Assembly (NCBI GenBank): GCA_004764695.1 | Contig: SMSO01000031.1 | Span: 7,174,761-7,238,760 of the forward strand | Reading direction: 5' to 3' | DNA: 64,000 bases | Source: Schizochytrium sp. TIO01 | Lineage: Eukaryota > Protista > Bigyra: Labyrinthulomycetes | In this document: positions 11,901-25,538 of the stretch, piece after piece | Numbering within the stretch: the stretch's first letter is position 1 | How the letters are laid out: every line of letters starts with the position of its first letter | The notes under the pieces: generated by a model | What the model saw: only the letters and a program-made list of their open reading frames with translations | What the model was told of the DNA's origin: nothing | The model's database searches: none | Program-made: the position numbers and the translations under genes

Positions 11901-14900
11901 GGACGCGCTACGAGATCGCCTTGAGGATGGGCATTCTACGTGCAGTTTTACCTGATGCAGCAATGGCTGGGTCAAAAAATTTACTTCGTGCTGCTGTAGT
12001 TGTTGGTCCGATAGGCATTTATCCTCGACACGGCCTTCCTGAAGAAGCAGTAACTGCCTTGGATCATTTACGAAAGCATAGAAGCATGCAGGACATGGTC
12101 TTTATGCGCGTTGATCGACTGCGCCTAGTTGTTGTGAAGAAATCAGCTACACCCATGAATAATCCTAAAGATGAGGAAGCAGACGATGATATTGACACTT
12201 TGCTTCTGCAACGCAATGGTGCCATTCCCATAAACATGGCTCTTCGTTTGCCCCCGCAACTTCCTCGTCCCCTGGCAACCTCTTCCGGCCGTACAAGACC
12301 TACACTTGCGCACAGTGACACTGGGGTTAGTGACGATGATGGTACGTATTTTGATGCAGAGCAGTCCATCCGTACAGACTTCGCGAGTCACTCGAAAGAC
12401 ACTGCCACAACAAATTCCGATGTTGACGATGATGCTTTTGAAGACGCAATTGCTCCTTCAGATGAGGTTCGTTTTGACTTGCCCAGGCGACAGGTAAGCT
12501 GGCAGTCTGCTTCGCGCCTTTCTGACGATAGCTCTGAACTTGACATCGATGGTCCAAGTAGCATCAGTCTTGTCGAGATGTATCTCAACCTTCTACGCTT
12601 TACTTTCCGTGGGGCACCATATAGTGCACAACCCATCGAAGTTGGGCTAGTCCTGGGTGATCTCAACGTGCTCGTCAGCGAATCACAGGTCATGATTTTG
12701 TTAGAGCTTGTTAATATTCTCACGAATTGTATTGAGTCAATCCAACCAAGCACCGAAGTCGATGACGCTGATGACTCTTCCTCCGATGGTCATAGCGAAG
12801 AGGCTATGGTTGCGGAAGATGCCGCAAAACAGCGCGAATCAGATGCAATCTTGGATCATTTTCATGGTACCAAAGACCCTGTCGAAGCGATGGAAGAGAT
12901 GCACCGAGGTCTACAAGATATTGTTGACACATGCCTTGGTGTGAACTCCCTTGTTTACTCCTCTGACTCGTTTGTTCTGTCTCCAGTTGAGGCCTGTGCC
13001 ATTTTTGAACGAATGTGTGATTTTCTCGGCCCAGTATTGGCAAAAGACCTCACAGAAAAGGTTGATGCTGAATGGATTATCAAAGTTGGATCTAACCAAG
13101 TTGCACCGCGCACGACGGCGTTTTTCTATGGTGAATTGTGGCTCAATGCAAATAGACTCAACTTGCAATCAAACTTAGGTATGACTGGAGAGACGCACAG
13201 GTCAAGTGCACGACGACGTCAACGATCTGCTACTCAATCATCACGGCGAAGTTCTACTCGTGCACGGGCAACTTCGGGAGCTACGATTGGCCAAGATATT
13301 CGACCGGACGCTGCTGTCTCAACATGGGTTACGATGCGTCTTGATGTACACATAACAAACATTCGTGTAGATCTCTTTACGATTTTCAAAGTCTCGTTAA
13401 GTGGTATTGATGTTAACTGCTCGACAAGTACATCTAACCACTTGAGTCAGCTGGGATTTCACATTGCTGCAATTAGTATGGTCAACTTTCGCAGTCGTGA
13501 AGGTGAAAATCCTATGGTTATCCAACCTATCGATGACTCATTTAAGGGTGTGGGGCCTGCAAAGGTCTACTGTGCTTCTTTCTTTGTTCTTCACATGGCT
13601 GGGACACTGGAACAAGCATTACAAAGAGACCCTACTTCTTTGGAATCACAAGAGCAGGAATCAACATCAAGTGATGAATCATACTCATCTGGCGGGGAAG
13701 AGGCGCACCATAGTGGGGACGGGAGCTCCACGACCTCAGGTGATTCATCTCAAGATGTTTCAGAGGAGGCGTCATTTTCAGATGAAGACCGTCAACTGCA
13801 TTTCCATCTTGATGACGACTCAAACTTGATTGAACGAAAAATAGCAGACTTTCACAATCAGTCTTTTCGGAGCCCTATTAGGGAAAAGAGATCGCTCCAA
13901 GCTATTCTTGACAGTATGTTTCGTGTGCGATCAAGGGTACGGCGCATTGAAGAGCAGCTTTTACGATCTTGCGAGGACGGAGGAATGCAAATATCATCTA
14001 ATCGAGTAGATAAAGGATGTGGCGCATTGCTCTGGAATGCAACAAATCCAGTTAAGCCATTACATGAAACTGGGCGTCAACTTTTACAAGGGTTGCGAAC
14101 TCGCTCGGAAGCAGTTGCCGGTAAAGAAACATCTGATGACGACAACTCCTCTAACTTCGCGTCCCGCGGCAGAAGGTCCTCTCAAGTCTTATACTCGCTT
14201 CCAGATATATTATCCCATCGCAGTCGACGTGGAATAAGTACGGACAAACGCCCAACGTCACAAAGAAATATGCAGCTCAATACATCTAGCTTCGAACACC
14301 TCAACAAATCAGCAATTGGAGATCTGTATAGTGATGTGAAGGCCGTGCAAAAAATTGTCCAAACAGCTGTTGTGAGTAGAGAATCTCACAGCGCTTCACT
14401 AAACGCATGTGTTGTTCTCCGTGATCTGACAGTTGAACTATCTGAGCGCCTCGCTCTTACTGGCCTTGAACTTCTTGACATCATACAGAGGATTCTGGCA
14501 AAATCTAATGAGGAGTTCGGTGACAATAAAGAAAAATCTGAGGGTACAGCTGCTTCAACTCCTGCATCCCCATCGTCGAGAGTATCATCGTCGAACTCGT
14601 CAGCCACAACAATGAGTTCCTCTGAATCCAGGGATAATCAATCTTCCGGTAGTCCAACCCTCATGAGCGGGCTAGAGCTTGCTATTGACGTGCATGGTCT
14701 GATTGTTCGGGTGAAAGCAAGTCGCGATAAAACCCCAAGCGCGACCACATCACCTGGGGTTAAAAACAACAGCGGCTCTGAACCATCTGGCAACAAGTCT
14801 CGTCAGGGTGAATCATCATATATGTCACAATCTAACATCGAGAGTGTCACAGAGATGTCATCAACTGCTGGGAAAACGTCTGCATTTGATCACCCCAGCG

Positions 14901-17900
14901 CTATATCTGGCTCTGAGGTGCAACGGAAAAAGTATAATGAAATATATATTGACGTCGTGATGAATTTTACAGCAGTATATGTTGCCCGCCAATGCGTGGA
15001 AACATGTGAACTCAAGATATCTCGCACCACAATTTCAATTTCCTATGATAGAGTAATTGCCCTGTTCAAAAGACAGCAGCAAAACCATTGGAGTCGCACT
15101 GGAGAGACGCCCACCACAACGGTGACACACGCTATCATGAAACCATGGGACGGTTCACTGGAATATACACTCCGGCGTACGATGTCTTCAACGAAAAATA
15201 TATCGCGCGTAGTCGCCGGGACAATGTCGAGTCTTCAGTTGTCATTGTGGACTACTGACGTGAGCGTTCTTCAAAAAATTGGGATTCGTTTAGGCGAAAT
15301 ATCCGCGTCAGTGTCGAGCTATGCAGACTTCCTTGAAAAGAACCGATCTTTGGGCACAGCAGATTCCCAGAGCCTCCACACGGGTGCTGAACACGATACA
15401 GGCAACAAGGAAAACCCATGTGATACAACAGACAACCAGGCAACCCCTGCCGATGGATCACTCAGCCCAAATAGTGACGATACAGATAATTCCAATGATG
15501 CGTACTGGGTCCAGCATGCCTTCCTTGTAAGGCACAACTATCAGTGCCTGGCAGGTGTTTCTGCACTTGCTGTGGCAATGAACACAAATATTGTGTTAGC
15601 TGATAGTTATTCGTACGGATTACTACTTGAAGCGAGCATACGGGCTTGTAGTTTGGTGCAAGCAAACCCACAATTGTACGAAAAGTCTTCTATTGTTATT
15701 GCTTGGTTTGACCAGCTCACCAATACTGCTGCGCGAAGTGGAACACATTTTTCAGCCAAATTACAACCAATTTTCGTCTCAAGAGATGAATCTGAGGATA
15801 CTGATTCCATCTTAAGGGAAGAGTCGGAGCAACTTCACGCAGGCGAAAATCGTAACAAATTTGTGGAGCACGGGCTTTCACCTGTTATTGAAGATGATCG
15901 TGATATCCTTGATTCGGACAATGACTCTGATTCCAAGGCTAATGTCTTGGAGAGAGTTGACTCTGACCTTGTGTTGCATGAATTCTCTGCCCGTCTTGGG
16001 CACTTCGGGCTCGATCAAGATGATGTTGCTGAGACTTTACATGATAGGGTAAAACTTAATATCAATGGCATAGCCATTGAGCTTGTCCAAGAGGTCCGGC
16101 GTTCCGAATCCAGAGTAGAATCATTCCTCCCTGTACTTCGGATTGGCGCTGATGAGATTGAACTCAGAGGTGAATCCTTCTCACAATTTAGCAAAGATAT
16201 GGTGCTGGCAACATTCATTGACATGGAAGCCAAATTCTACAACCGTAGAATTGGCTCTTGGGAATACATTATGGAGCCTTGGCGCCGTACAAAGGCGAGT
16301 TTGATCGTTTCAGAAGCAGACCAAAGTATCACAGCAGATCTTGAAGCGTTGAGTCGACTGAACATTAATATATCCGAGGATCTCTTGACACTTTTGCTGC
16401 AACTTCAAGCTGATCTGGAATCTGCAGCAAAGTCTACTACTAAAGAAAAGACAAGTGAAATCAAGCAACTTTTAGCAGAGGGTGCCGATGATGCAGACAC
16501 TAAAAGCTTGACCTCACGAGGGCGTACAACAGCCTCTCGCTCAAAACAAACTATGCAACGAACTCTCGGTTCCAAGCCAGCACGACAACAACGAAGTCGT
16601 CGCCATCGTCGAAGGAGGCGTCGTAATAAGTCTAAAAAGGTTGTTCATAAGGATGCTCAACATTGGTTCATTAATAACACTGGCGTGGAGGTTGTCATGT
16701 ATGATCTATATCAGATTGGTTACGACTACAGGGGTACTATTATTGTCTCATACCGAGATGGTTGGTATCTTCCTTCTCATGAACGTTGGAATGAGCAGCC
16801 TTTGATGCGCCTTACTCTTCTACCCTATCGTCGCCGAGGCACTGTTGGCAACCTCGGGGAGGGAGGTGATGATGAAGTTAATCATAATTCTCGAAACCTT
16901 CCAATCGGCTTTGCAAATGTGAACACTGATGAAGACTTTGACAGTAGTTTTGATGAGTCCGACGCCAGTTCTCAGGAGTCGAAGAACTATGTTCTTCGAC
17001 CCTACCGCGATAAGGATAAATATGTTTTACCTTATGAGGGATCCAAATCTAACGATGTGCCACAATTGTTAGTGGAGGTGAAAGATGAGACTGGTACCTA
17101 TTATCAGACTACAATCGACCTCGTTCCCTACATTCTCTTTCCGAACCAAGGGTCTTCGGAATGGTTTCCTTTAACATCAGATGGATCAAAACTTGAGAAC
17201 ACTCGAGGAGCGGAAATCATGTTGACTGTAGAATTTCAGCTTGATCAAGACGTGGATCTAGATCCTAATTCAATGCTTCGTGAGGTTTATGGTGGTCGGA
17301 CTTCTGCGATTGAACCTTTTCGTATCGCCTCTGGGGCAATGGTACCTATGAATTTCCATGCTTTGCCGAAAAAACATTGGTACAAAAATATTAATCGCTA
17401 TGAGATCAACAAGGGTATTTCATCGAAGAGATTCACCAAGCTGCGGGCCGTAGCAGTTGACTTCTCACTTGGACTAGATTTCACTTCCCAGCATAAACCA
17501 TTGCTAATGGTTTTCCCAGTCGATGAGTCTGGTGAAACCATGCTAACGACACGCGCTGTGTCAAACGCCAGAGGCTCCAATCAGCGTGAAATAGTTCCGG
17601 TCGCGAACCCGCTATATGAGGCAACAACTGCATTGAGAAAGTCTTCCAAGCGATCATCGGCATCAAAAAGTGGAACGATAGCAAAAAATGACTCTCCCCA
17701 AAGTAAAGAAAAATCTCATGAGCGTAATTTTTCTTTATTCCGCAAAGCGCGTCAAGACGATGCTGATAATGAAGAACGAAATGGAAAGGAACAGTCGTTC
17801 TCGTTCAATGTCTTTGGAGTTAACGCAATGCGGGATCAGAAGCGTCGAGTGATTTTCCTGGAATCTCCCGTGAAGTTGCTGAATGCTGTCGATCTTACCC

Positions 17901-20900
17901 TCGAAGTGATGATTTGCGAGAAAGGCACTGTTTCAGAGCAAGAGAATAGGAAAGATTTGTACCCAACTTTGGAGCCTATTCCTCTTGAGCATGCTGATAT
18001 CCGTACGAGTGGCAATCACTTATCCAACTTTGGCATGGATGTGATGAACCTGTTTGATCGTCGTATCTCAAGTCGTTGGGTGGATGGCGGGCATCGCATG
18101 CTTCACCAGAGTGAGGAGGCCGCATTTGATGCAGAAATGCTTAATGAGGTAAATATGAAAGAAGGTGCTGGGTTTACGCTCGACTCATACATCGAGTGGC
18201 GCTTTGCAACTCCAAAGCAGGTCTGCCTGTATCGAATAACTCCTACAATGGTGAAAGTTGGTCCAGAAACACACGGAACCCCTGCAGATAGAGACAAACA
18301 AGTTGATGCCTCTAAGCTTGGTCTGGATCCTGTACACTGGATAATTTTTGGTAAGGTTATCAAAGAATCTTCGGAACCAATGTCCAGGGTAAATAGCACG
18401 GACGAAGAACCTGTAGACCACACAATGGAGCCAACCCAAGAACTTGAGCAAGCAGAAGGTCACTGGGTTCTTCTTGATGAGCGGAAGGAGATTATGTTTG
18501 ATAAAGAGCGTAGGCCGCGAGAGTTTTTTCTTCCACAAGTGGGCAGCTTCAATTGTTATCGAATCGAAATGACTACAGAGCAACATCACAAAGCAGATAC
18601 TACTCGGGTACGTAAGTCTGACGAGGAAATTGATCTTTCTTTAGCATGTTGTGGGCCGAATGACTCGTTCCCTGTTGGTTTAGCAGGAATCGAACTCTTT
18701 GGAGAGAAATTACTTGCTCGACGCCATCGGGTGCTTATGGATTCAGGCGTATCTTCGTCGTTCAATAGTCAAGCACACATGAGTTTTGATGCAGACGCTG
18801 AAGTTGAAGATGTTCAACATTTCGCGCATGAAGCATGGATATGCCCTACTTGTGATACTGAGAATTCTGGAGATGATGATACCTGTGAAATGTGCGGGGC
18901 CTCTAAACCGGAGGTCCACAACGAGGAACAGACAAACATCATTGATCAAGACTTCGATCCAGTCGATCTGACCGACGAAGAGGCGAAAGAAGCTCGTAAG
19001 AAAAGAGCGCGATCAATTCAGGACCAGGCGCGTCAAAATGCGATTGACAGACTTCGGAACAAGGGCGGAGCGAACTCGCAAATGTCTATGCTCTTAGCAG
19101 AAGGTGACGATGACCAATTTGCAAAGTCTATTGGCTTGGACAAGTTTGTTGGCAAGGTGCAAATTGCAAGTGAGGCAAGTACTGTCCGTGGGGCTTCTCG
19201 CTTTCGAAGTCGTCGGGTGCAACTCACGCTTCGTGGCCTCTCAATATATCGACCACGGAACACAACTGAGAGAGGCCGTAATTTGCTATATCGGCAAATA
19301 GGCCGCCGCAGTCAGCAACACATGTTTGAAACAGAGGAGAGTCGAAGTCGCACTGATAGCCTCGATAGCGGGGTTGATTCTGACGGCATTCAGGGTACAA
19401 CTTCACAGCAATCAGGGAGTAGCACTTTAGTGCGACGGCGTTCAGGGTCTCAAGAAAGCGGCGCGGACATCATTGAACTGGAATTTTCTGCAAACACAAT
19501 TCTTCGAGCAGTAAATGTGCAGCGCATGACACTAAGAGTGGCTACCCCAAGTTCTGGTAATAAGGGTGCCCAATCTGCAAGCGCTCGTGCAAAACGGGAA
19601 ACTCTCCGTCTCGAAGATGGTATTTTGCTTCGGTTTACTGAGCGGGAGAGTTTTCGTCGTTGGTTTGATGCTATTGAAGCAATTATTAAGCGAACGCGAA
19701 AAGAACATCAAGGCAAGGTAGTCGAAGTAGAGGAGTTCACAGGCATGCGTCGGCTCTTAAAGCCTGGCGAAGAATTCTCGATTCCGCTAAATTATCTATA
19801 CTCAACTCAAAAGTGGTCTCTGTTTTTGCGTCCTGATGCTGAGGATGATCGTGTCCCTGTCCGCTGGGCGCAGATTCTCGATCATATATCTGCTCAGGCT
19901 CTTCAGTTTGAGGAAAGCGTGGACAATGTTATCCCAAATCTGTACTGCGAACCGTACAAGGTATCCAGCCGTATCAAGACAGAGTACAAGCTAGACGTTG
20001 TTCCATACAGCTTCAGCGCTGCATTTACTAAGCGTTTCTTGAAAGGCCATCATGCAGGTGAAGATGATACAAGTGTTATAGACTCTTCTACAGATCTTAT
20101 TCCTAGGGTTGAGATTGCTATTCGTGCCTGGGTTCGCGTAGTTAACGCCCTTCCCTTCGCGGTCGAGGTTCGTTTTAGCCAGACATCTTCTGGAGAGGAA
20201 CTTACCATAGAGCCTGGGCAGGAAATTAACATGAGCCGCATTGGGCATGACGAGGAAGCCCAGTTCCGCATTCCCGCACTCGATTCTGATTGGTGCGAAC
20301 GTCAAAAGCTAGAGTCGTTATCTTTATTTCAAGAATCAACACGAAAGGTTTTTGGAAATACGTCGGAAAGGCAACGAAAGCTAAATAGCGGCACCCCGAT
20401 TATGTTCTGGAAAAAGGGAGGAAATCGACAATATATGAAAAACGTTGTTGCTGAGGCAAAAATTGATCGCTCGCGGGACCCAACAGGTCCTCTTTATGTG
20501 GTCCTGTATGCACCATTCTGGTTTTACAATTATAGTGATGTTGATATCCTTACACAACCTCGAGAATCTTTCTTATCGCCCGGAGATGAGTCGAAGGATG
20601 TCCTCCTGATGCCCAATTTCCTTCCAGATAGCACAGAATCCACTAAGGGTGTGCACATTTTACCGCATCTACGCAACTTAGAAGGCAAGTCCAAACTTGT
20701 TTGTGCCGTGGCTCTGAAACTGGCCGACCTAGACGGGGCGAAGCATGATCCCGCACAGATTTTTGAGGGACCCAATTCATGGCATGTTGATGAAGGAGAA
20801 AAGATACCAGGAACGGGTCAATCTAGTACTGATTCTACGTTAGCAGGGGCAACGGGGATTCCTGGAGCTGCCACTAAGAACTCTGGACGCATTCAGGCAG

Positions 20901-23900
20901 CAAAGAATAACTGGCTAACGGATTTCGAGTCGGAGCATCAAGAATACATGGTCAGTGCTTGGTCGAAACATTTCAAAGTACAGTCAACCTCAAGCAATAT
21001 TACTTGGCGATCTTTCAGATTTGTCATCAATGCTGTGACAATTCTGCGTCGTGAAATTGGTATTGAGGTCGTCACTGGTGGTGTTAATACATTCACGCGC
21101 TCTGTGCAAGTCATTTTCCGTAGTAAATTTCTGATCGTAAATCGTATTCCAAGGACAAACATTCACTTTATCCAAAGTGCTCCACAGTCAGATGGGACTC
21201 ATGGATACTGGGAAGAGCGTCGACTTGATTATATACAGCGCAGTAAAAAACGTGATTTCCTGCGCATGCATAAAAAGGAGTCTGAAGCTAATCTTGAAGG
21301 CGATGGATCCGAAGATGTATCAGGAGAGCGAAATGGGAATGCATTGGACCAAGACGAGACAGGCCAAGAGAATGAAGATGCAAACCATGTATCTGGGGAT
21401 GATTCAGTCCTGCAGTATGACAGGAACATGCGTCGTGATAGTACTGGGGATGATTCAGAGGAGCAGCGCAGGCGACTTCGGGAGTCCTTGGATGAATCTG
21501 AAGACCACTCTAATTATGGAGAGGATGCCATTCCCGACAGTGAGGAAACAGAAGAAAATGAAACTGTGACAGCACTGAGGATTAATGGCGTGGAGTTCGG
21601 CAAGACCACAAAGGATGTCTATATTGGTCCCAATCCTAACCGGTGCCACCCTTTTCATTTTGGTGGTTTTCAAAAGGAGTTCCTGGGTCATGATGCTTTA
21701 TTCCGTTTTTGCGTAGTAAACGATGAACTTAAGGAGACAACTCGAGAGAGTGCTGTGATCTTAGCTTCAAAAGAGGCTGAGTTGAGTCTTATGCTTCGTT
21801 CCACTGATGGGAGCGCGCGTGGTGAGCAAGGCGCACGCCGTGTTCGCGTTGCAATCCGTAAGGAGCAAGGTACTACTTTCATTATCTTTTCTGAGGATAT
21901 TAGTGTTGGTTCTAATCCCCGTCCTTTCTACGTTATAAGGAATGAGACCCCTTTTCCGATTGAGCTGTGGCAAGATCGTATGAACCGCGTCCAGAAAAAT
22001 CTCATTGTAAACCCTGAGTCGGAACGCCCTTTTGCATGGGATAATCCTAATGTATCGCGAGAGCTTAGGGCTCGTGCAGTATGGCCAATCCTAAAGCCAG
22101 AAAATATACATGAGGTTGAAATAAGCAATTTAGTGTTTGAAAGCGGTGGGTTTTCTCAAAAATTCAGTCAAAAGAAGAAACACAAGAAAGACCGAATGAA
22201 TGCTCGACTTCAGCTACAGTCTACTCTTCGAAGGGATCCTCATGCAGGTACACAAGGTTCTATTGCTTTGGCTTATGAAACTTTGTCAACTGAAGGACTC
22301 TTCTCGATTGACACTGTCAAGCAATTTGATGATTTGCACATTGTTAACCCAACCCTCTTCGATCATAAACTTTCTATTTCAGTTGAGGGCTTTATAGACG
22401 AGAGCACAAAAACACTCGCCTTCCGATTAAGCCGTGACGTCGCCCTTAAGCATTCAACACTGATAGCAGGTACGAACATGGCCATGTACGGTATCGTTGA
22501 TACACCTGGAAGCGAATGCACCGCGTCCGAATTATCAGATGATGATGACCAGGATTCCGACGGTTTCTTAGAGTCCGATAATGAGCACCATGAACAGTAT
22601 GCAGTGCCGGAAGAAGGCACAGGAGAAGCTAATGCGGATGGTGCGCAAGCTCAACCTACACGACGGCCTTCTCTAGCTCATATCCGACCCTTGGCGAACC
22701 GTAGACGCTATCATGTATCGCTTCGATTGGTTCTTAAAGCAGATTCTATCTTCCATGCATCATCATCAAGCTCTGAGCAGCGCACTAGGTACAAAGTTGT
22801 TGTCCGCGTTGGTGGTAAAAGTCGAGAGTTTTCGGGTGTCGTTTCCACAATGCCATCAACTACGGGAGTAGTGGGTAGCGACATGTCTAAGATCGCGGAA
22901 GATCTTAAGTTTAGCCTTGAAACAAAGCCCACCCAAGTTTTTATTCTGGTCTATTCGACAGATCTACAAGACAATAGAAAACTCCTGCGATCTGGAATTG
23001 TGGATCTGATTCGTCAACTATGGTTATCGAGTTATACGGACCGTTGGATTGAGGTGAACAGCTCTGAGTGGCAGCGGTGCGTTGAAGATATTCAGGCAAT
23101 TGAAAAGGATCAGCGCCGCCGAGTACAAGAGCTTTTAAATGATGGATTCACAAATATTCTAAAACGCCAAAAAGAGCTCCGCGAACAAGATAAGACAAAG
23201 GAAAAACAGCGCATTGAGATTGAGCGTGAAAAGTCTTACTTATCAGCAACTCAGTCGGAGCACTTGGGCATTGTCAAACATACTTCCTCAAGCTCATCGC
23301 GAGGAGGAGGCGGTGGAGGAAATCTCTTTACTGCCCGAAGCACTGGATTCTTACCCATGCGCACGCGGCAGCCAACACTTCTTGCAGAAGACGTTTTCCC
23401 GTCACTTCCGCTGATTGAGCTTCATGATCCTGGCTCAGAGCTTTCTAGTACCATGCGCGTCTTGTCAAGTTCAAAGGCGAAAAGGACTAGGCAGGAGGAC
23501 GAGTCACTTAGTATAAAGTCCTATGCTTGGATGCAAATTCGCTGTGAGATACACGAACCAAAGCACGCAGATTTGGACGATACCGATGACTTGCCTAATC
23601 ATGCTGTTGCGAAGCTTGGCGAAGCTGCAACAGTCCAAATTAAGGTATTTCTCTCATCTGTGGGGCTATCTCTTGTGCACGCCTCACAGCGTCTTGAAAT
23701 ATGTTATGCGATTGTTCAACGTCTGCGTGTGTTCGCAGAAATTTCTCCTGGTAGTCTCATGCTAGGTGCTCGTTTAGGCCACTTTCAAGTGGATAATCAT
23801 GATCCAGATGCTCAATTTGAAGTCATTATAGTGCCGGAGCGTAGACCTGCTGTCAATCCAGACTCTAGATACCCTTACCCTCGAGAAGACTTTTTGGCAC

Positions 23901-25146
23901 TCGAAGCAATTGTTCGCCAGAGTGATGACCCTTACCTGGAGCTTGAGACTTTTGACCTTGAACTTTCGAAAATTTTGCTCAGTTTTGAGGAGTCTTTCCT
24001 CGGTAATCTCCTTTCTCTTTGGGCAAAAGTTCTTGAAGGCGCAAATCGCGAAGGTTCAATTGGTTTAGACTCGAGAACTATCGAGCACCCACCTGCATCC
24101 ACTGCTCATTTTATTCTTCAAGTGCAAGCTCTAGCAGACTTTATGTATGTGTATTGGTTTAAAATTGGGGCTATCCAGGTCTTGATTCAATGCCAACTTG
24201 ATGGCGGAAGGAAGATCACCGCAGAAGATCAAATTTCAACAGCTATTAAACAATATGTTCCAACGCTGACTATCCAGGATTTTGTGCTCCGCATCAATGA
24301 GTTTTCTCGTGCAAATGAGTTCAAACCAGGTGAGGAATTTTATCGTATTCTTATGATGCACTTTATTCAGGAGGCCGTATCTCGAAATCTTCAAACTGCT
24401 CTGACCCAAACAAATTTCTCTCTCAACCCATTTCCTGCTTGCAAAACAATTGCAATTGGGGCATACGAGATGGGGCGCCAGCCTTATGCTCAACGAGGGA
24501 AAGGATGCGGAGGTGTCTGCCATGGTTGCCAACTAGGACTAGCTGCTTTCATTGCAAGTCTATCAGCAGGTGTCACCGACATGATTCACGCCTATACAGA
24601 TTTTTCTGTTCTTGGTCTGGAAAATGTGGCCAACGCAAACCAATTTGACATTGTTGCGCGACCTGTAACTCTCATGACTGCGGTATTCGAGATGTCACCT
24701 ATGCGATCTCTTTCTCTTCACATAAGATTGCGAATGATTTACTTAACCCTCCGGATCAGATTGGGCAGATCCGAACTCCCCGGATGTTTACGCGCTCAGG
24801 TGAGATGATTTTATACGGCCCGGGGAATAGGCCATTCCAGCAAGACCTTGCCACTCAGCGTGCAGCTGTTGCAGTCTTTCATTTTGTTTATGACACTTGG
24901 AGATTGCGGCAAGAGCTTAAAAAGGAACGCGAGTCCTTGGGCAATTTACTTGAAGATTTTGACCCGCGTGAATACATGCAGCAACAACGTATGCGTGCTG
25001 AAAATATGAGTTATCTTGATCGATGGGGGGCTTACTTTAGAGATATATATGCTTCGTTACAGCATGAGTTTGCGAACGCTCGAAATACTGAGGGAGACGA
25101 TGAGACTGAAGAAAATGAGCGCCTTCTTCCACGTCAGCGCGCTTGA
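8927..25146 (+). CDS. VPS13: VPS13-family bridge-like lipid transfer protein (about 5400 aa) with PDZ, C2, discoidin-like, RanBP2-type zinc finger and PH inserts; -1 frameshift near 24680
   Basis: Chorein-N start (MLSSIVKKLVNRFLNDYVE..IDNLEIHIENISVRVE), FYNRRIGSWEYIMEPW motif, VAB/SHR-BD-like repeats (VVLYAPFWFYNYS; PFYVIRNET..PFAWDNP), and VPS13_C features (SVGLSLV..LGHFQVDN). The conserved RTPRMF..GEMILY tail lies in the shifted frame ending at 25146. Confidence 0.9.
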
Positions 25147-25538
25147 TAATAGGAGACTATCTTTTCAAGTGTCAAAAAAGGGAGCTCCTTTCATTCGATT
25201 CATTTCACATTTTCCTACTCGCCAGTTGGTGGGGTTTTATTCTGACCTTAGACACATGGCATTGGTACCCACAGCACAACTAGAGGGAGGAGCTGTCCGC
25301 GTCAAACAGTTGTGTGCTTCATCGCAACAACACAACTTGAACCTTATTATTATAGAAATGATACGAACTTCTGAAGACCATGAAATAAAATGGAAATTTC
25401 TTCTTAATTAAAAAAAAATACTTGTGATTTTAATGTTCAGTTGATCGAATTAAGGGCGGCAAGTTGCCTTTTAATATAATATATATATCAAATAATACCT
25501 GGTGTGAGTGTCGCCTTGATTTAATTATAGGACTATTC

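Noticed and set aside
3840-24700. Programmed ribosomal frameshifting as a shared system in the channel and VPS13 genes
   Set aside because: The shifts are in opposite directions with no slippery heptamer or shared signal, so assembly indels are more parsimonious pending read data.
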